In this document: positions 1-9,141 of the stretch, in pieces
Numbering within the stretch: the stretch's first letter is position 1
Layout of the letters: each line of letters begins with the position of its first letter
Assembly (NCBI GenBank): GCA_024679955.1
Contig: JAILCQ010000009.1
Span: 3,467-67,466 of the forward strand
Origin: Bacillota bacterium
GTDB taxonomy: Bacteria > Bacillota > Dehalobacteriia > UBA4068
Reading direction: 5' to 3'
DNA: 64,000 nucleotides
The notes under the pieces: model-generated
What the model was told of the DNA's origin: nothing
Database searches by the model: none
The model's input: the letters and a program-made list of their open reading frames with translations, nothing else
Made by a program: the position numbers and the translations under genes

Positions 1-755
1 TCCTGCACGATGGTTTGGCCTTGGCTCAGCAGCTCCTGTTGTCGCTGTTCCTCGTATTTTATCGCCCGGTAAACCGCTTTGAAGGAATTCAGGTTTTTGA
101 TCTCCACCTTTACCCCCAGTTCCTGCTGTTCCCGGGGCCGCAGGGAAATATTCACGTCGCAGCGCAAAGACCCCTGCTCCATTTTCACATCGGACACCTG
201 GGCATAGGCCAGGATCAGCCGCAGCTTTTCGCCGAAATCCCGGGCTTCCTCGGCGCTGGACATATCCGGCTCGCTGACGATCTCGATCAAGGGAACGGCC
301 GCCCGGTTATAATCCGCCAGGGAATAGTCGCTGTCGGCAATGGAATCGCCGGAATGCACCAGCTTGCCGGCATCTTCTTCCAAATGGATGCGGTTGATGC
401 GCACCTTTTTGTCCCGGCCTTCGGCGTCCTGGACGATAATGTAGCCTTCCCGGCAAACGGGCAGGGGATATTGGGTCACCTGATAGCCCTTGGGCAGATC
501 GGGATAAAAGTAATTCTTGCGGTCGAATTTATTTAAAGGGGAGATTTGACAATGCAAGGCCAAACCGGCTTTCACCGCCAATTCCACGGCATGCTTGTTC
601 AGTACCGGCAAAACGCCGGGCAGGCCCAGACAAACCGGACAAACCTGGGTATTGGGTTGGTCGCTGAATTTGGTGGGGCAAGAGCAGAAAATTTTGGTTT
701 TGGTTTTCAACTCGGCATGAAATTCCAGGCCGATGGTGGAGATATATTGAGACAT
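1..755 (-). CDS. gatB: Asp-tRNA(Asn)/Glu-tRNA(Gln) amidotransferase subunit B, N-terminal part (gene runs off the window start)
   Basis: Absent from the ORF track because there is no stop in the window. My reverse-complement translation from CAT at 753-755 reads [53 protein letters not shown]..., a canonical GatB N-terminus. It starts 15 nt after the gatA stop, completing the gatC-gatA-gatB order. Confidence 0.9.
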   Translation of the reverse strand, partial: MSQYISTIGLEFHAELKTKTKIFCSCPTKFSDQPNTQVCPVCLGLPGVLPVLNKHAVELAVKAGLALHCQISPLNKFDRKNYFYPDLPKGYQVTQYPLPVCREGYIIVQDAEGRDKKVRINRIHLEEDAGKLVHSGDSIADSDYSLADYNRAAVPLIEIVSEPDMSSAEEARDFGEKLRLILAYAQVSDVKMEQGSLRCDVNISLRPREQQELGVKVEIKNLNSFKAVYRAIKYEEQRQQELLSQGQTIVQ

Positions 756-769
756 AGCAAAACTCCTTT

Positions 770-2224
770 TTATTGTACCGCCGGCAGATCCGGTTTCAGA
801 CGTTCCGTTTCCAGGGCGCTGCCGATGGCGAACAGGTCGCTTTCGCCAAAGGGTGCGCCGATCAGCTGCAAACCGATGGGCAAGCCCTGGCTGAGCGCCA
901 CAGGCACCACCAAGGCCGGCAAACCGGCCAGATTCACCGGAACGGTGCAAACATCCTGCATATACATGGTCAAAGGATCGTCGATATTGGCGCCGATGGC
1001 AAAGGCCTGGGTGGGGGCTACCGGCGTCAGCAGGCAGTGGAAGCCGGCGGCAAAGATCTGATCGTAATCTTGTTTGATCAAGGTGCGTACCTGCAGGGTC
1101 TTATTGTAATAGGCGTCGTAATAGCCGGAAGACAAAGCGTAAGTGCCCAGCATGATGCGGCGCTTGACCTCGGCGCCGAAGCCCCGGCTGCGGCTGGCCA
1201 CAAACATATCCTGCACATTGTCCGCTTCCTGCCGCATGCCGTAGCGCACCCCGTCGTAGCGGGCCAGATTGGAAGAGGCTTCGGAGCAGGCCAGTACATA
1301 ATAGGCGGGCAAAGCGTATTGGGTATGGGGCAGGGAAACGTCTTCCACCGTGGCCCCGGCCTGCCGCAATTGTTCAATGGCTTTTTGCAGCTGTTCTTTG
1401 ATGGCGGGTTCGATGGCGTCGCTTAAGAATTCCCGGGGCACGCCGATTTTCAGGCCCCGGACCGGCCGTTGGCAAGCCTGCCGGTAGGCTTCCTGTGGCG
1501 TGTCGAAAGAGGTGCTGTCCATGGGATCCACGCCGGCGATCTGTTCCAGAACGATGGCGGCGTCCAGACAGCATTTGGCCAATATCCCCACCTGATCCAG
1601 GGAAGAGGCGTAAGGCACCACGCCGAAGCGGGAGATCCGCCCGTAGGTGGGCTTCAGCCCTACTACGCCGCAGAAATGGGCCGGTTGGCGGACGCTGCCG
1701 CCGGTATCGGTGCCCAGGGAATAGCAAGCCAAATCGGCGGCTACGGCGGCTGCGGAACCGCCGGAAGAACCGCCGGGCACTTTTTGCAGATCGAAAGGAT
1801 TGTGGGTCAGTTTAAAGGCGGAGCTTTCGGTGGAGGAGCCCATGGCAAATTCATCCATATTGCATTTGCCCAAAAGCACGCCGCCGCCCTGTTTCAGCCG
1901 GCTCCAGCAGGTGGCGTCATAAGGGGGGATATAATTGGCCAAGATACGGGAGGCGCAGGTGGTGGCGATCCCTTTGGTGCAGATGATATCTTTCAAAGAC
2001 ATAGGCACGCCGTCCAGGGAAGAAAGCTTTTCACCTTTGGCCCGCCGGCTGTCGGCGGCGGCGGCCTGCGCCAGAGCGTTTTCTTCATCTACGCTGATAT
2101 AGGCGCCGATTTGCGGCTCCAATGCCCGGATGCGCCGCAAATAGGCCTCGGTCGCTTCCGTAGAGGACACTTGTTTGGCGTCCAGGGCGCTTTCCAATTC
2201 GCCCAGGGTCATATCGGTTATCAT
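770..2224 (-). CDS. gatA: Glutamyl-tRNA(Gln) amidotransferase subunit A
   Basis: 484-aa ORF with the amidase signature region ([27 protein letters not shown]). It lies between gatC and gatB, with a GGAG RBS 8 nt upstream of the ATG. Confidence 0.95.
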   Translation of the reverse strand: MITDMTLGELESALDAKQVSSTEATEAYLRRIRALEPQIGAYISVDEENALAQAAAADSRRAKGEKLSSLDGVPMSLKDIICTKGIATTCASRILANYIPPYDATCWSRLKQGGGVLLGKCNMDEFAMGSSTESSAFKLTHNPFDLQKVPGGSSGGSAAAVAADLACYSLGTDTGGSVRQPAHFCGVVGLKPTYGRISRFGVVPYASSLDQVGILAKCCLDAAIVLEQIAGVDPMDSTSFDTPQEAYRQACQRPVRGLKIGVPREFLSDAIEPAIKEQLQKAIEQLRQAGATVEDVSLPHTQYALPAYYVLACSEASSNLARYDGVRYGMRQEADNVQDMFVASRSRGFGAEVKRRIMLGTYALSSGYYDAYYNKTLQVRTLIKQDYDQIFAAGFHCLLTPVAPTQAFAIGANIDDPLTMYMQDVCTVPVNLAGLPALVVPVALSQGLPIGLQLIGAPFGESDLFAIGSALETERLKPDLPAVQ

Positions 2225-2248
2225 AGAGGTTGCTCCTTACTGTAAAAA

Positions 2249-2548
2249 TTATATGATTCTCGGTACTTTGAAATAGCCTTCCCATTGCTGGGGGGCATTG
2301 GCCAAAGCGTCTTCCCGAGACAGGCAGGATGCGGTTTCGTCTTCGCGAAAAACGTTTTGCAAAGGCAATACATGGGTGGTGATGGGCACGCCCGTTACGT
2401 CAATTTTTTGCAATTCCTGCATATAATTTAAAATAGCCGCCAATTTGGCGGTGCAGTCCGCCGATTCTTCCGGCGTGAATTGCAAATGGGCCAATTTCGC
2501 CACATAATCCACGTCTTCGGCAGAAATAATGGTTTTGCGATCGCTCAT
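2249..2548 (-). CDS. gatC: Glutamyl-tRNA(Gln) amidotransferase subunit C
   Basis: 99-aa ORF 24 nt upstream of gatA. Its size and the segment LQELQKIDVTGVPITTHVLPLQNVFREDE fit GatC. A GAAGGGA RBS is present. Confidence 0.9.
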   Translation of the reverse strand: MSDRKTIISAEDVDYVAKLAHLQFTPEESADCTAKLAAILNYMQELQKIDVTGVPITTHVLPLQNVFREDETASCLSREDALANAPQQWEGYFKVPRII

Positions 2549-2592
2549 AGTCTATCCCTTCTTGAAAAAAGACTTTGTTTCAATAACAATTT

Positions 2593-2621
2593 ATTATATA
2601 CTATTCATTTTTTCTCATCAA
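2593..2621 (-). promoter_or_regulatory. Putative sigma-A promoter of gatCAB (TTGATG-17-TATAAT on the minus strand)
   Basis: Plus-strand CATCAA at 2616-2621 and ATTATA at 2593-2598 read TTGATG and TATAAT on the minus strand, with a 17-nt spacer, about 45 nt upstream of the gatC ATG. Confidence 0.45.
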
Positions 2622-2636
2622 GTATTTTTTTTATGT

Positions 2637-2665
2637 TTGCAATTTGCGGCAAAAAGTAATATAAT
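2637..2665 (+). promoter_or_regulatory. Putative sigma-A promoter of cysK (TTGCAA-17-TATAAT)
   Basis: TTGCAA at 2637-2642, a 17-nt spacer, TATAAT at 2660-2665. The short leader has no room for a riboswitch. Confidence 0.5.
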
Positions 2666-2703
2666 GATTGAGCTCTATGTTTTAAGGGAAAGGTGGAGTA
2701 AAC

Positions 2704-3636
2704 TTGATTTACAGTAACGTTTTAGAAGCGATGGGGCAAACCCCTATGATACGGCTGAATAAAATGGCCGATCCCAACGGGGCCCAGGTTCTGGTCAAAT
2801 ACGAGGGGTTGAACGTAGGCGGTTCCATTAAAACCAGAACGGCTATGAATATGATCAACGCGGCGGAGGAAGAAGGCATCATCGATAAGGATACCATCAT
2901 CGTAGAACCGACTTCCGGTAATCAGGGCATCGGTTTGGCCCTGGTGGGGGCGGTCCGGGGCTACCGCACCATTATCGTCATGCCCGACTCGGTCAGCGAA
3001 GAAAGACGTAAGCTGGTGCAGCATTACGGCGCGGAAGTGATATTGATCCACGACAGCGGCAATATCGGCGATTGCATAGAAGAATGCCTGAACACGGCGA
3101 TGCGCATGGCCAAGGAAAATCCCAAGGTTTATGTGCCCCAGCAGTTTACCAACAAAGCCAATCCTTTGGTGCATAAGCATTATACCGCTTTGGAGATCAT
3201 GGAACAGGTGGCCGGCCCCATTCACGGCTTTTGCTCCGGCGTCGGCACCGGCGGCACCATTTCCGGCGTGGGAGAAGTGCTGAAAGCCATGTATCCGGAT
3301 GTGGTGATCTGGGCCGTGGAGCCGCAAAACGCGGCGATTTTGGCTGGCGGCAATATTGGCACCCATTTGCAGATGGGCATCGGCGACGGTTTGATCCCGG
3401 AGAATCTCAACGTGGATATCTACGACGATATTTACATCGTTTCCGATGAAGAAGCTTTGCAAACGGCCCGGGATCTGGCCCGTTTGGAAGGTTTGATGTG
3501 CGGCATTTCCAGCGGCACCAATGTGGCGGCCGCTTTGCAAATGGCCCGCAAACTGGGAAAAGGCAAAACGGTGGTGACGATTTTACCGGATACGGCTGAA
3601 CGGTATTTCAGCACGCCGTTGTTTGCCGGCGAATAA
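2704..3636 (+). CDS. cysK: Cysteine synthase A / O-acetylserine sulfhydrylase (PLP fold type II)
   Basis: 310-aa ORF with a TTG start after an AAAGGTGGAG RBS. Motifs GGSIKTRTA, TSGNQGIGLA and GVGTGGTISG are typical of CysK. Confidence 0.9.
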   Translation: MIYSNVLEAMGQTPMIRLNKMADPNGAQVLVKYEGLNVGGSIKTRTAMNMINAAEEEGIIDKDTIIVEPTSGNQGIGLALVGAVRGYRTIIVMPDSVSEERRKLVQHYGAEVILIHDSGNIGDCIEECLNTAMRMAKENPKVYVPQQFTNKANPLVHKHYTALEIMEQVAGPIHGFCSGVGTGGTISGVGEVLKAMYPDVVIWAVEPQNAAILAGGNIGTHLQMGIGDGLIPENLNVDIYDDIYIVSDEEALQTARDLARLEGLMCGISSGTNVAAALQMARKLGKGKTVVTILPDTAERYFSTPLFAGE

Positions 3637-3722
3637 AACCGTTCCCCGCTTTTTATTATAAGATGTTTCTATCACAAAGACAAAATGCACTTTTGGCCCG
3701 GCTGCCCGACAGCCGGGCTTCT

Positions 3723-4679
3723 TTATTTGATAAAGCTGTGATAGCCTTGCCGCAGGGCCGCCGGATGGATGACCAGGGCGACGGCGGCTGCCAATACTTC
3801 CGCCACTTTGGCGATCAAGTCGTCCACGTCCTTGGGCGTGACCATCAGCACGCCGGAAAAGGCCTGCAGCAATTCCCCGGCGGCGAAAGCCACGGCTTCG
3901 CCGCTGCCTGCGGGATAGCTTTTCCCTTGCCTTTGCCAATACCGGCCCAGGCTTTCGGCGGTTTCCCGGATGATGGAATAGGCGTTTACCACCGTAGGCA
4001 CGCCGACGGCCACCACCGGCACGCCCATGGTCTGGGCGGTGATGGCCTGCCGGGCGTTGCCCACGCCGCTGCCGGGACAGATGCCGCTTTCCGACATTTG
4101 CACGGTGACGCCTACCCGGCTGACGGAAGCGGCGGCCAGAGAATCCACCACCAGTATGGCGTCGGGACGGACATATTCCGCCGCGCCTTTGAGGATTTCC
4201 GCGGTTTCAATGCCGGTGGCGCCCAGCACCCCCGGGGCCAAAGCGCAAAGCATGCCGAAATCCTCGGGCGAGGGCTGCAAATGCCGGGTGGCATAGGTTT
4301 TGTCCACCACTTTGGGGCCCAGGGAATCGGCCACCGCCGAATCGTTGCCCAGGCCTACCAGCATTAGGCCGCCTTTTCCCAAGGGCGGCAGCAGCGAGGC
4401 CAGATAGCCGGCGGTGATTTGCGCCACCTGCTCCATGGTTTCCCCGTCGTCCAGATCCGGCAGGCTCAGGGTGATATACCGCCCCCGGCTTCTACGCAGC
4501 AGCCTTTCACCGGTTTGATTGTATATGGTGACGGTATGGGCTTTCACCGGGCCGTTTTGGCAAACCTCTTCTTTAATCCCCGGCAGTTCCCGGTTTCCCT
4601 GTCCCCGCAATAATGCCGCGGCCTCGTCCGCCAGATCATAATAAGCGGCCAGGGCCGTGTAATCCGCAGCGTTTGTCAT
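3723..4679 (-). CDS. gpr: Germination protease GPR (spore endopeptidase, peptidase A25)
   Basis: 318-aa ORF. LVGLGNDSAVADSLGPKVV, PGVLGATGIET and MGVPVVAVGVPTVV match the GPR family. Confidence 0.85.
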   Translation of the reverse strand: MTNAADYTALAAYYDLADEAAALLRGQGNRELPGIKEEVCQNGPVKAHTVTIYNQTGERLLRRSRGRYITLSLPDLDDGETMEQVAQITAGYLASLLPPLGKGGLMLVGLGNDSAVADSLGPKVVDKTYATRHLQPSPEDFGMLCALAPGVLGATGIETAEILKGAAEYVRPDAILVVDSLAAASVSRVGVTVQMSESGICPGSGVGNARQAITAQTMGVPVVAVGVPTVVNAYSIIRETAESLGRYWQRQGKSYPAGSGEAVAFAAGELLQAFSGVLMVTPKDVDDLIAKVAEVLAAAVALVIHPAALRQGYHSFIK

Positions 4680-4741
4680 AAGAACCTCTTTTCTGATTTT
4701 TTTTAAAGCTGTCCTGGAACAGCGGCTGAAGATAGCTTGTT

Positions 4742-4751
4742 TAGTATGTCC
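4742..4751 (-). promoter_or_regulatory. Forespore-type (sigma-F/G-like) -10 element upstream of gpr
   Basis: The minus strand reads GGACATACTA, which fits the GGnnAnAnTA / CATACTA forespore -10 consensus, about 65 nt upstream of the gpr ATG. I could not identify a convincing -35. Confidence 0.35.
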
Positions 4752-4914
4752 GCCCGGTGTAAAAATATCGAATTGTTTTTGCCTTGATGCAGGAAGAACA
4801 AAAGAATAAAGAGAATAATATTACTATTTGGAGTGGAATAAAAAACGTTCTATCTTAGCCTACGGCGTTTGGCAACGGCCGCCGGTATACGGTTGATATA
4901 AAAAAGAGGCGGAT

Positions 4915-5082
4915 ATGAAAGTTCGTTGCGCGATTTGCGGAAAAGAAGAAGAAATCAATAAAGTACATAAGGATTACAATAAACTAATGGAAAACCCGCA
5001 GGCGGTTTATATTTGTCAGGCCTGCCGTATCATACTGTCCAGCCAGGCCACGCGGGAACATGTTTCGAGAGGCAAACGTTGA
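4915..5082 (+). CDS. Small zinc-ribbon protein (55 aa, CxxC...CxxC; YlaI/DUF2197-like)
   Basis: Below the ORF-track cutoff. My translation: MKVRCAICGKEEEINKVHKDYNKLMENPQAVYICQACRIILSSQATREHVSRGKR. It has two CxxC pairs and a purine-rich AGAGGCGG just upstream, and it sits directly upstream of rsmD. Confidence 0.5.
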   Translation: MKVRCAICGKEEEINKVHKDYNKLMENPQAVYICQACRIILSSQATREHVSRGKR

Positions 5083-5136
5083 AGCAGCCGTGGCATTTCC
5101 GACGCTTTTGCCAAAAGGGGATGGAGGTTTGGTATT

Positions 5137-5703
5137 GTGCGCATCATTGCGGGAAGCGCCGGCGGCAGAAGGCTGCGGGCGCCGAAAGGGCAAAATACCA
5201 GGCCTACTACGGATCGGGTGCGGGAAGCGGTTTTCAGCGTTTTGGCGGATCGCCTGGCCGGCGCCCGGGTGCTGGACGCTTTTGCCGGCAGCGGCGCTAT
5301 GGGCCTGGAAGCGTTGAGCCGGGGGGCGGCGGCAGCCGTCTTTCTGGAAAAAGACCCGGCGGCCCAGCGGGTCATCGCCGCCAATATCCAGGCGGCGGCT
5401 TTGCCCGGCGCAACTTTGTATCGGGGGGCGGCGGAACGTCTGTTGCCGCGGCTCAAGACCGGCGGCGCGGTGGAGGATTTCGACATTATTTTCCTGGATC
5501 CGCCCTATAATCAAGGTTGGCTGGAAAAACTGTTGCAGATCATTGAAACTTGGCGATTGTTGGCCCCGGATGGCGTGCTTGTGGTGGAAACCAGCGGCAA
5601 AAATTCGGAATTTGCGCCTACGGACCGGTGGCAGATCCTGAAACGCCGCGCCTACGGGGACACGGAAATATATTATTGCGGTTGGCGTACAGATGAGAAA
5701 TAA
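5137..5703 (+). CDS. rsmD: 16S rRNA (guanine966-N2)-methyltransferase RsmD
   Basis: 188 aa with a GTG start 8 nt after GGAGG. Motifs RPTTDRVREAVF, LDAFAGSGAMGLEALSRGA and FLDPPY. Confidence 0.9.
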   Translation: MRIIAGSAGGRRLRAPKGQNTRPTTDRVREAVFSVLADRLAGARVLDAFAGSGAMGLEALSRGAAAAVFLEKDPAAQRVIAANIQAAALPGATLYRGAAERLLPRLKTGGAVEDFDIIFLDPPYNQGWLEKLLQIIETWRLLAPDGVLVVETSGKNSEFAPTDRWQILKRRAYGDTEIYYCGWRTDEK

Positions 5704-5714
5704 GGAGGGCGACT

Positions 5715-6173
5715 ATGGACGGCAGCAGTATGCAAATGGCGACGATTTTGAAAGAACTGGAAGAAACGATCACCGGCGCTTCTCGCGTGCCTTTGACCGG
5801 CAAGGTTATGGTGGACGGAGACGTTATCCTGGAATTCGTGGATAAGATTTACGCGGCCTTGCCCGGCGAATTGCGTCAGGCCCAGCAGGTTTTGGAACAA
5901 AGCGATAAACTGCTGGAAAGCGTAGAAGGCCAGGGTAAACGCATTTTGCAGGACGCCAGGGATCAGGCTGCCCAGCTGTTGCAGGAAACGGAGATCTACA
6001 AAGAGGCCACCAATCGGGCAGAGGCCCTGATGAACCAAGCCGAAACCGCTTCCGCCGAATTGAGAAAACAATCGGTTCTGTATTCCGACGATATCCTGTC
6101 GCAATTGGAAAACAATTTGGATCAGCTGTTGCTTACGGTGCGTAAGAACCGCAGCGATTTGAAAAAGTTTTAG
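5715..6173 (+). CDS. Coiled-coil protein of unknown function, 152 aa (resembles ATP-synthase-b / V-ATPase-G heptad repeats)
   Basis: ORF with an AAGGAGGG RBS 6 nt upstream. Heptad-rich, E/Q/L/A-dominated sequence. It sits 12 nt after rsmD, where coaD is usually found. Confidence 0.6.
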   Translation: MDGSSMQMATILKELEETITGASRVPLTGKVMVDGDVILEFVDKIYAALPGELRQAQQVLEQSDKLLESVEGQGKRILQDARDQAAQLLQETEIYKEATNRAEALMNQAETASAELRKQSVLYSDDILSQLENNLDQLLLTVRKNRSDLKKF

Positions 6174-6205
6174 CGGCAAACGCTTTTTGCCAGCGATATT
6201 GCACG

Positions 6206-6235
6206 ACCGCCGTCCCTTTTGGCCGGCGGTTTTTC
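6206..6235 (+). terminator. Rho-independent terminator after the rsmD operon
   Basis: ACCGCCG (6206-6212) pairs with CGGCGGT (6224-6230), followed by TTTTTC. Confidence 0.6.
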
Positions 6236-6294
6236 TATGGGCCGGCGCAGGCGGCTGCGGTCAGAGGACGATCCGGCTGCCGTATTGACGGGAT

Positions 6295-6323
6295 TTGGCA
6301 AAACGTTTATTATATGTTATAAT
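6295..6323 (+). promoter_or_regulatory. Strong sigma-A-type promoter with extended -10 (TTGGCA-17-TGtTATAAT)
   Basis: TTGGCA at 6295-6300, a 17-nt spacer, TG at 6315-6316, TATAAT at 6318-6323. This places the transcription start near 6330, inside the ORF-track 6219 reading frame. Confidence 0.6.
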
Positions 6324-6470
6324 AAGACGTTTAGTAAGCAAAATTTTATGCTGGCAGACAAACGTTTGCCGCCGAATGCTTTTGCGGGCGGTCCTTGTAT
6401 CAGTCATCGTTTGCCGGCATGTGCGCCGCCGTCCAGCGGATGGCGGGATGCAGCCAATGCGGAGGGAAAC

Positions 6471-9053
6471 ATGCGGCCAGAGAATCTAAAACCATGGAAC
6501 GAAAAGCAAGAAATGCCGGTATCCCTGGATCATGCGGCCCAGGCCGGGCCGGACGGCGCTATGCCGCCGGCAAGTCCGGCAAATGCCGGAGACGGCGGGA
6601 ATGGGGATTCCACCGGGGATCTGCCGGAACAGGCCGGTTCTTTTCAGCGCTTGGCGTCTCTGCTGCAAATCCGGCCCGAAGTATTGGCGGCGGCGGAAGC
6701 CCAGGTGGAAGGGGATAATACCGGTTTCCTTCCCGACTTTGGCCATATCCCTCCCATCGGCGGCAGCCCGGCGGAAAAGGGCCGGGACGGCTTTGCCGGC
6801 GGCGGGACGGCGCAACAGGAGGCGCAGGTATCGCGGCTGCAGGAAGAAGCTAGTCGGGAGTTGGCGGCGCTGAAACAAAGCCTGACCGCCCGGAAAAAGG
6901 ATGCATCATCCTTGCGGCAGATCGATGCGGAGGCCGCCGGCCGTTTCTTTGCGGCCAAAAGACAGGCGGCCCAGGCCAACGCGGATTTGCAAAACCGGAT
7001 CAGCGTCAAGGCGTTGCGCATCCAGAAACAAAAGAGCAAAAAACCGGCGGTTCTGGCGGACCCCATCGCCAGGCCGGGAATCATGGTAACGCTTCCTCCG
7101 GCGGAAACGGCGGAAAAAGACAAAGCGGAACAGGCTGCCCGGCGTTTATGCGAGCTGGAAGCATTAAAAGAACAAACGCGGCAGGCGGAATGGCTCCGGC
7201 AGGAATTGGCCCGGAAAATGCAGCTGCAGCAGGAATCCGACCAGAGATTGCAGGCGGCCAAAGAGAGCGCCGCCGCCGCCAATAGCGGCCTCAAACGGCT
7301 GCCCAGCGAAAGCAGCCGGGTCCAGGACAGATGGGAACGGAACGCTTTTGCCGCAAAGCACGGTTTGCCGGATATACCGCCTGCCGGCCAGGAAAAACGG
7401 TACAGGCCCAAAAGGGAAGAGCTCCCTGCGGATCAGGAATCGCCCGCTCCGCAGGAACAGCAAGAGTCTGCCCGGCCCGCCAGCGATAGGATCAAACCTG
7501 CCGACACCCCTCAAACGCAGCGGAATAGCCAACCCGCTTTTGACCCCGCCCATAGTTTCGTGATCAGCGAGGCCATGGATTTGGCCGCGGGCGGCGATAT
7601 CGACCGGGCCATGGAACTGGTGCGCAAGCGTTTCTCTCGTGCCTATGGAGCAATTGCCGGCGGCGGCCATCCGCTGTTCCAGACCATACAGGAGATGTTG
7701 ACGGAAGTTGCCCGGGAAGAAGCGGACAAAAGGGCGGCCCGTCTGGCGGCGGCCATCGAGGAACAGGCGGCGGAAGAACCCACGCTGCCGGAAAACACCC
7801 CGGCCGTGGAGGATCGGGCAGCGGAAGATGCTGCGCCGGTGGAAGCGACGGCTATCGAAGAGCATGAGACAGAAGCCGCCGCACCCCAGGCGGAAGAAAC
7901 GGCGGCTATAGAAGAGAAAAAAGAAGAATCTATAGAAGAAGCTATTAAAGAGGACGCTATCATAGCGCCAGCGGAAACGGTCGAGGATATCGAAGAACAG
8001 GAAGCGGAAGCTTTGTCCGCTTCCCGGGAAGAGCCTGTGGCCGTGGAAAAATCGGAAACGGAAGAAACGCCGGCCGTCGAAGATTTAGAGGAAGATATGG
8101 AAGCGGAAGAGCTCCCGGCTATGGAAGATATGGAAGCAGCCGGTTTTGCGCCGGCAGAAGAGCTTCCGGCTATCGAAGAGCTGAAAGCGGCGGCTTTGGC
8201 CATGGGGCAGGAAACCTCCGCGCCGGATTTGGATGAGGAGGACGCGCTGGAGGAAGACGTTCGCCTGGCGGCCTTGGAGGAAGCGCGGCGCCAGGAACAA
8301 CAGGCCCAGCGGGAAGCGGCGGCCCTGGCGGTGAGCCGGGCGGCCAAAGCGGCGCAATTGGCCGCGATCTCGGAGGCGCAAGCCGCGGAAACTTTTGCGG
8401 CGCCTGAAAACGAAAGCATACCGGGGGATGAAGACAGCCGCCGTATGGAGCAGGCGGAGTCGGCCGCCTGGCAAATGGCGGCGCTGTGGCGGGCCGGTCT
8501 CTCTGAGGAAAGCGCCATGTCCATGCGGTGCCTGCCGGAAGAGGAAAATCCTTATGCCGCCGAACAGCAATTGACCGCCATCTGCCAGGAACTGTCGGCG
8601 GTGTCCCTGCCAGTGGATACCCTGTCTGGGGAAGCGGCCGGCCGCCGCTGTCTGGATCTGTCCCGCAAAGGCCGGGAGATCGCCGGCTCCTTGCTGGGCC
8701 GGGCCCAGTCCGCCATTGCCCGGCAGGAAGAGGCAGTGGCCGCGGCGGAAGAGGAACTGCGCCGCATCCTGGCCGCAGACGATTGCCAACAGCCTTCCCA
8801 AGTCAGGGAATGGCAAGATGAGGAGGAAGAAGAAGAGGATATCCTTCTGGCCATCACCAAGGATTTGCAGCTGGAAGGGCAGCCTGCGGAAGAAGATTTG
8901 CCCGTAGAACGGCCCGGCAGCCGCAACGAAGGAGCTTTGGCAGCCGCCCAGGCAAAAGCGGTGAAAGAAATGAAACGGCTGGCCGCCCTGGAGCAATATG
9001 CGGAAAAAACCCAACAGCGTTTGGCGGAAATGCAAGCTGCCGGCGATATATAG
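6471..9053 (+). CDS. Hyper-acidic Ala/Glu/Gln-rich coiled-coil or disordered protein, 860 aa, function unknown
   Basis: The ORF-track frame 6219..9053 is trimmed to the ATG at 6471, which follows GGAGGG (6461-6466) and lies downstream of the 6295 promoter. The coding strand is purine-rich (GAA/GCG/GCC). No signal peptide or TM segment is visible. Confidence 0.7.
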   Translation: MRPENLKPWNEKQEMPVSLDHAAQAGPDGAMPPASPANAGDGGNGDSTGDLPEQAGSFQRLASLLQIRPEVLAAAEAQVEGDNTGFLPDFGHIPPIGGSPAEKGRDGFAGGGTAQQEAQVSRLQEEASRELAALKQSLTARKKDASSLRQIDAEAAGRFFAAKRQAAQANADLQNRISVKALRIQKQKSKKPAVLADPIARPGIMVTLPPAETAEKDKAEQAARRLCELEALKEQTRQAEWLRQELARKMQLQQESDQRLQAAKESAAAANSGLKRLPSESSRVQDRWERNAFAAKHGLPDIPPAGQEKRYRPKREELPADQESPAPQEQQESARPASDRIKPADTPQTQRNSQPAFDPAHSFVISEAMDLAAGGDIDRAMELVRKRFSRAYGAIAGGGHPLFQTIQEMLTEVAREEADKRAARLAAAIEEQAAEEPTLPENTPAVEDRAAEDAAPVEATAIEEHETEAAAPQAEETAAIEEKKEESIEEAIKEDAIIAPAETVEDIEEQEAEALSASREEPVAVEKSETEETPAVEDLEEDMEAEELPAMEDMEAAGFAPAEELPAIEELKAAALAMGQETSAPDLDEEDALEEDVRLAALEEARRQEQQAQREAAALAVSRAAKAAQLAAISEAQAAETFAAPENESIPGDEDSRRMEQAESAAWQMAALWRAGLSEESAMSMRCLPEEENPYAAEQQLTAICQELSAVSLPVDTLSGEAAGRRCLDLSRKGREIAGSLLGRAQSAIARQEEAVAAAEEELRRILAADDCQQPSQVREWQDEEEEEEDILLAITKDLQLEGQPAEEDLPVERPGSRNEGALAAAQAKAVKEMKRLAALEQYAEKTQQRLAEMQAAGDI

Positions 9054-9141
9054 GTCTTGCCCTTACAGGCCCGATCGTTTGAACGGAAAACGAAACGATG
9101 CCGCCGGCCGGTCGAAACCTGTGCCGGCGTGGTTTTATACG

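Noticed and set aside
15-536. A 173-aa plus-strand ORF at the window start.
   Set aside because: It lies antisense to a clear gatB reading frame (1-755, minus) whose translation is a textbook GatB N-terminus. The plus-strand product has no recognisable features.
6219-6470. ORF-track N-terminal extension (84 codons) of the acidic protein.
   Set aside because: The extension contains the terminator tail and the TTGGCA-17-TATAAT promoter itself. The first well-supported start is the GGAGGG-preceded ATG at 6471. The ATG at 6348 lacks any RBS.
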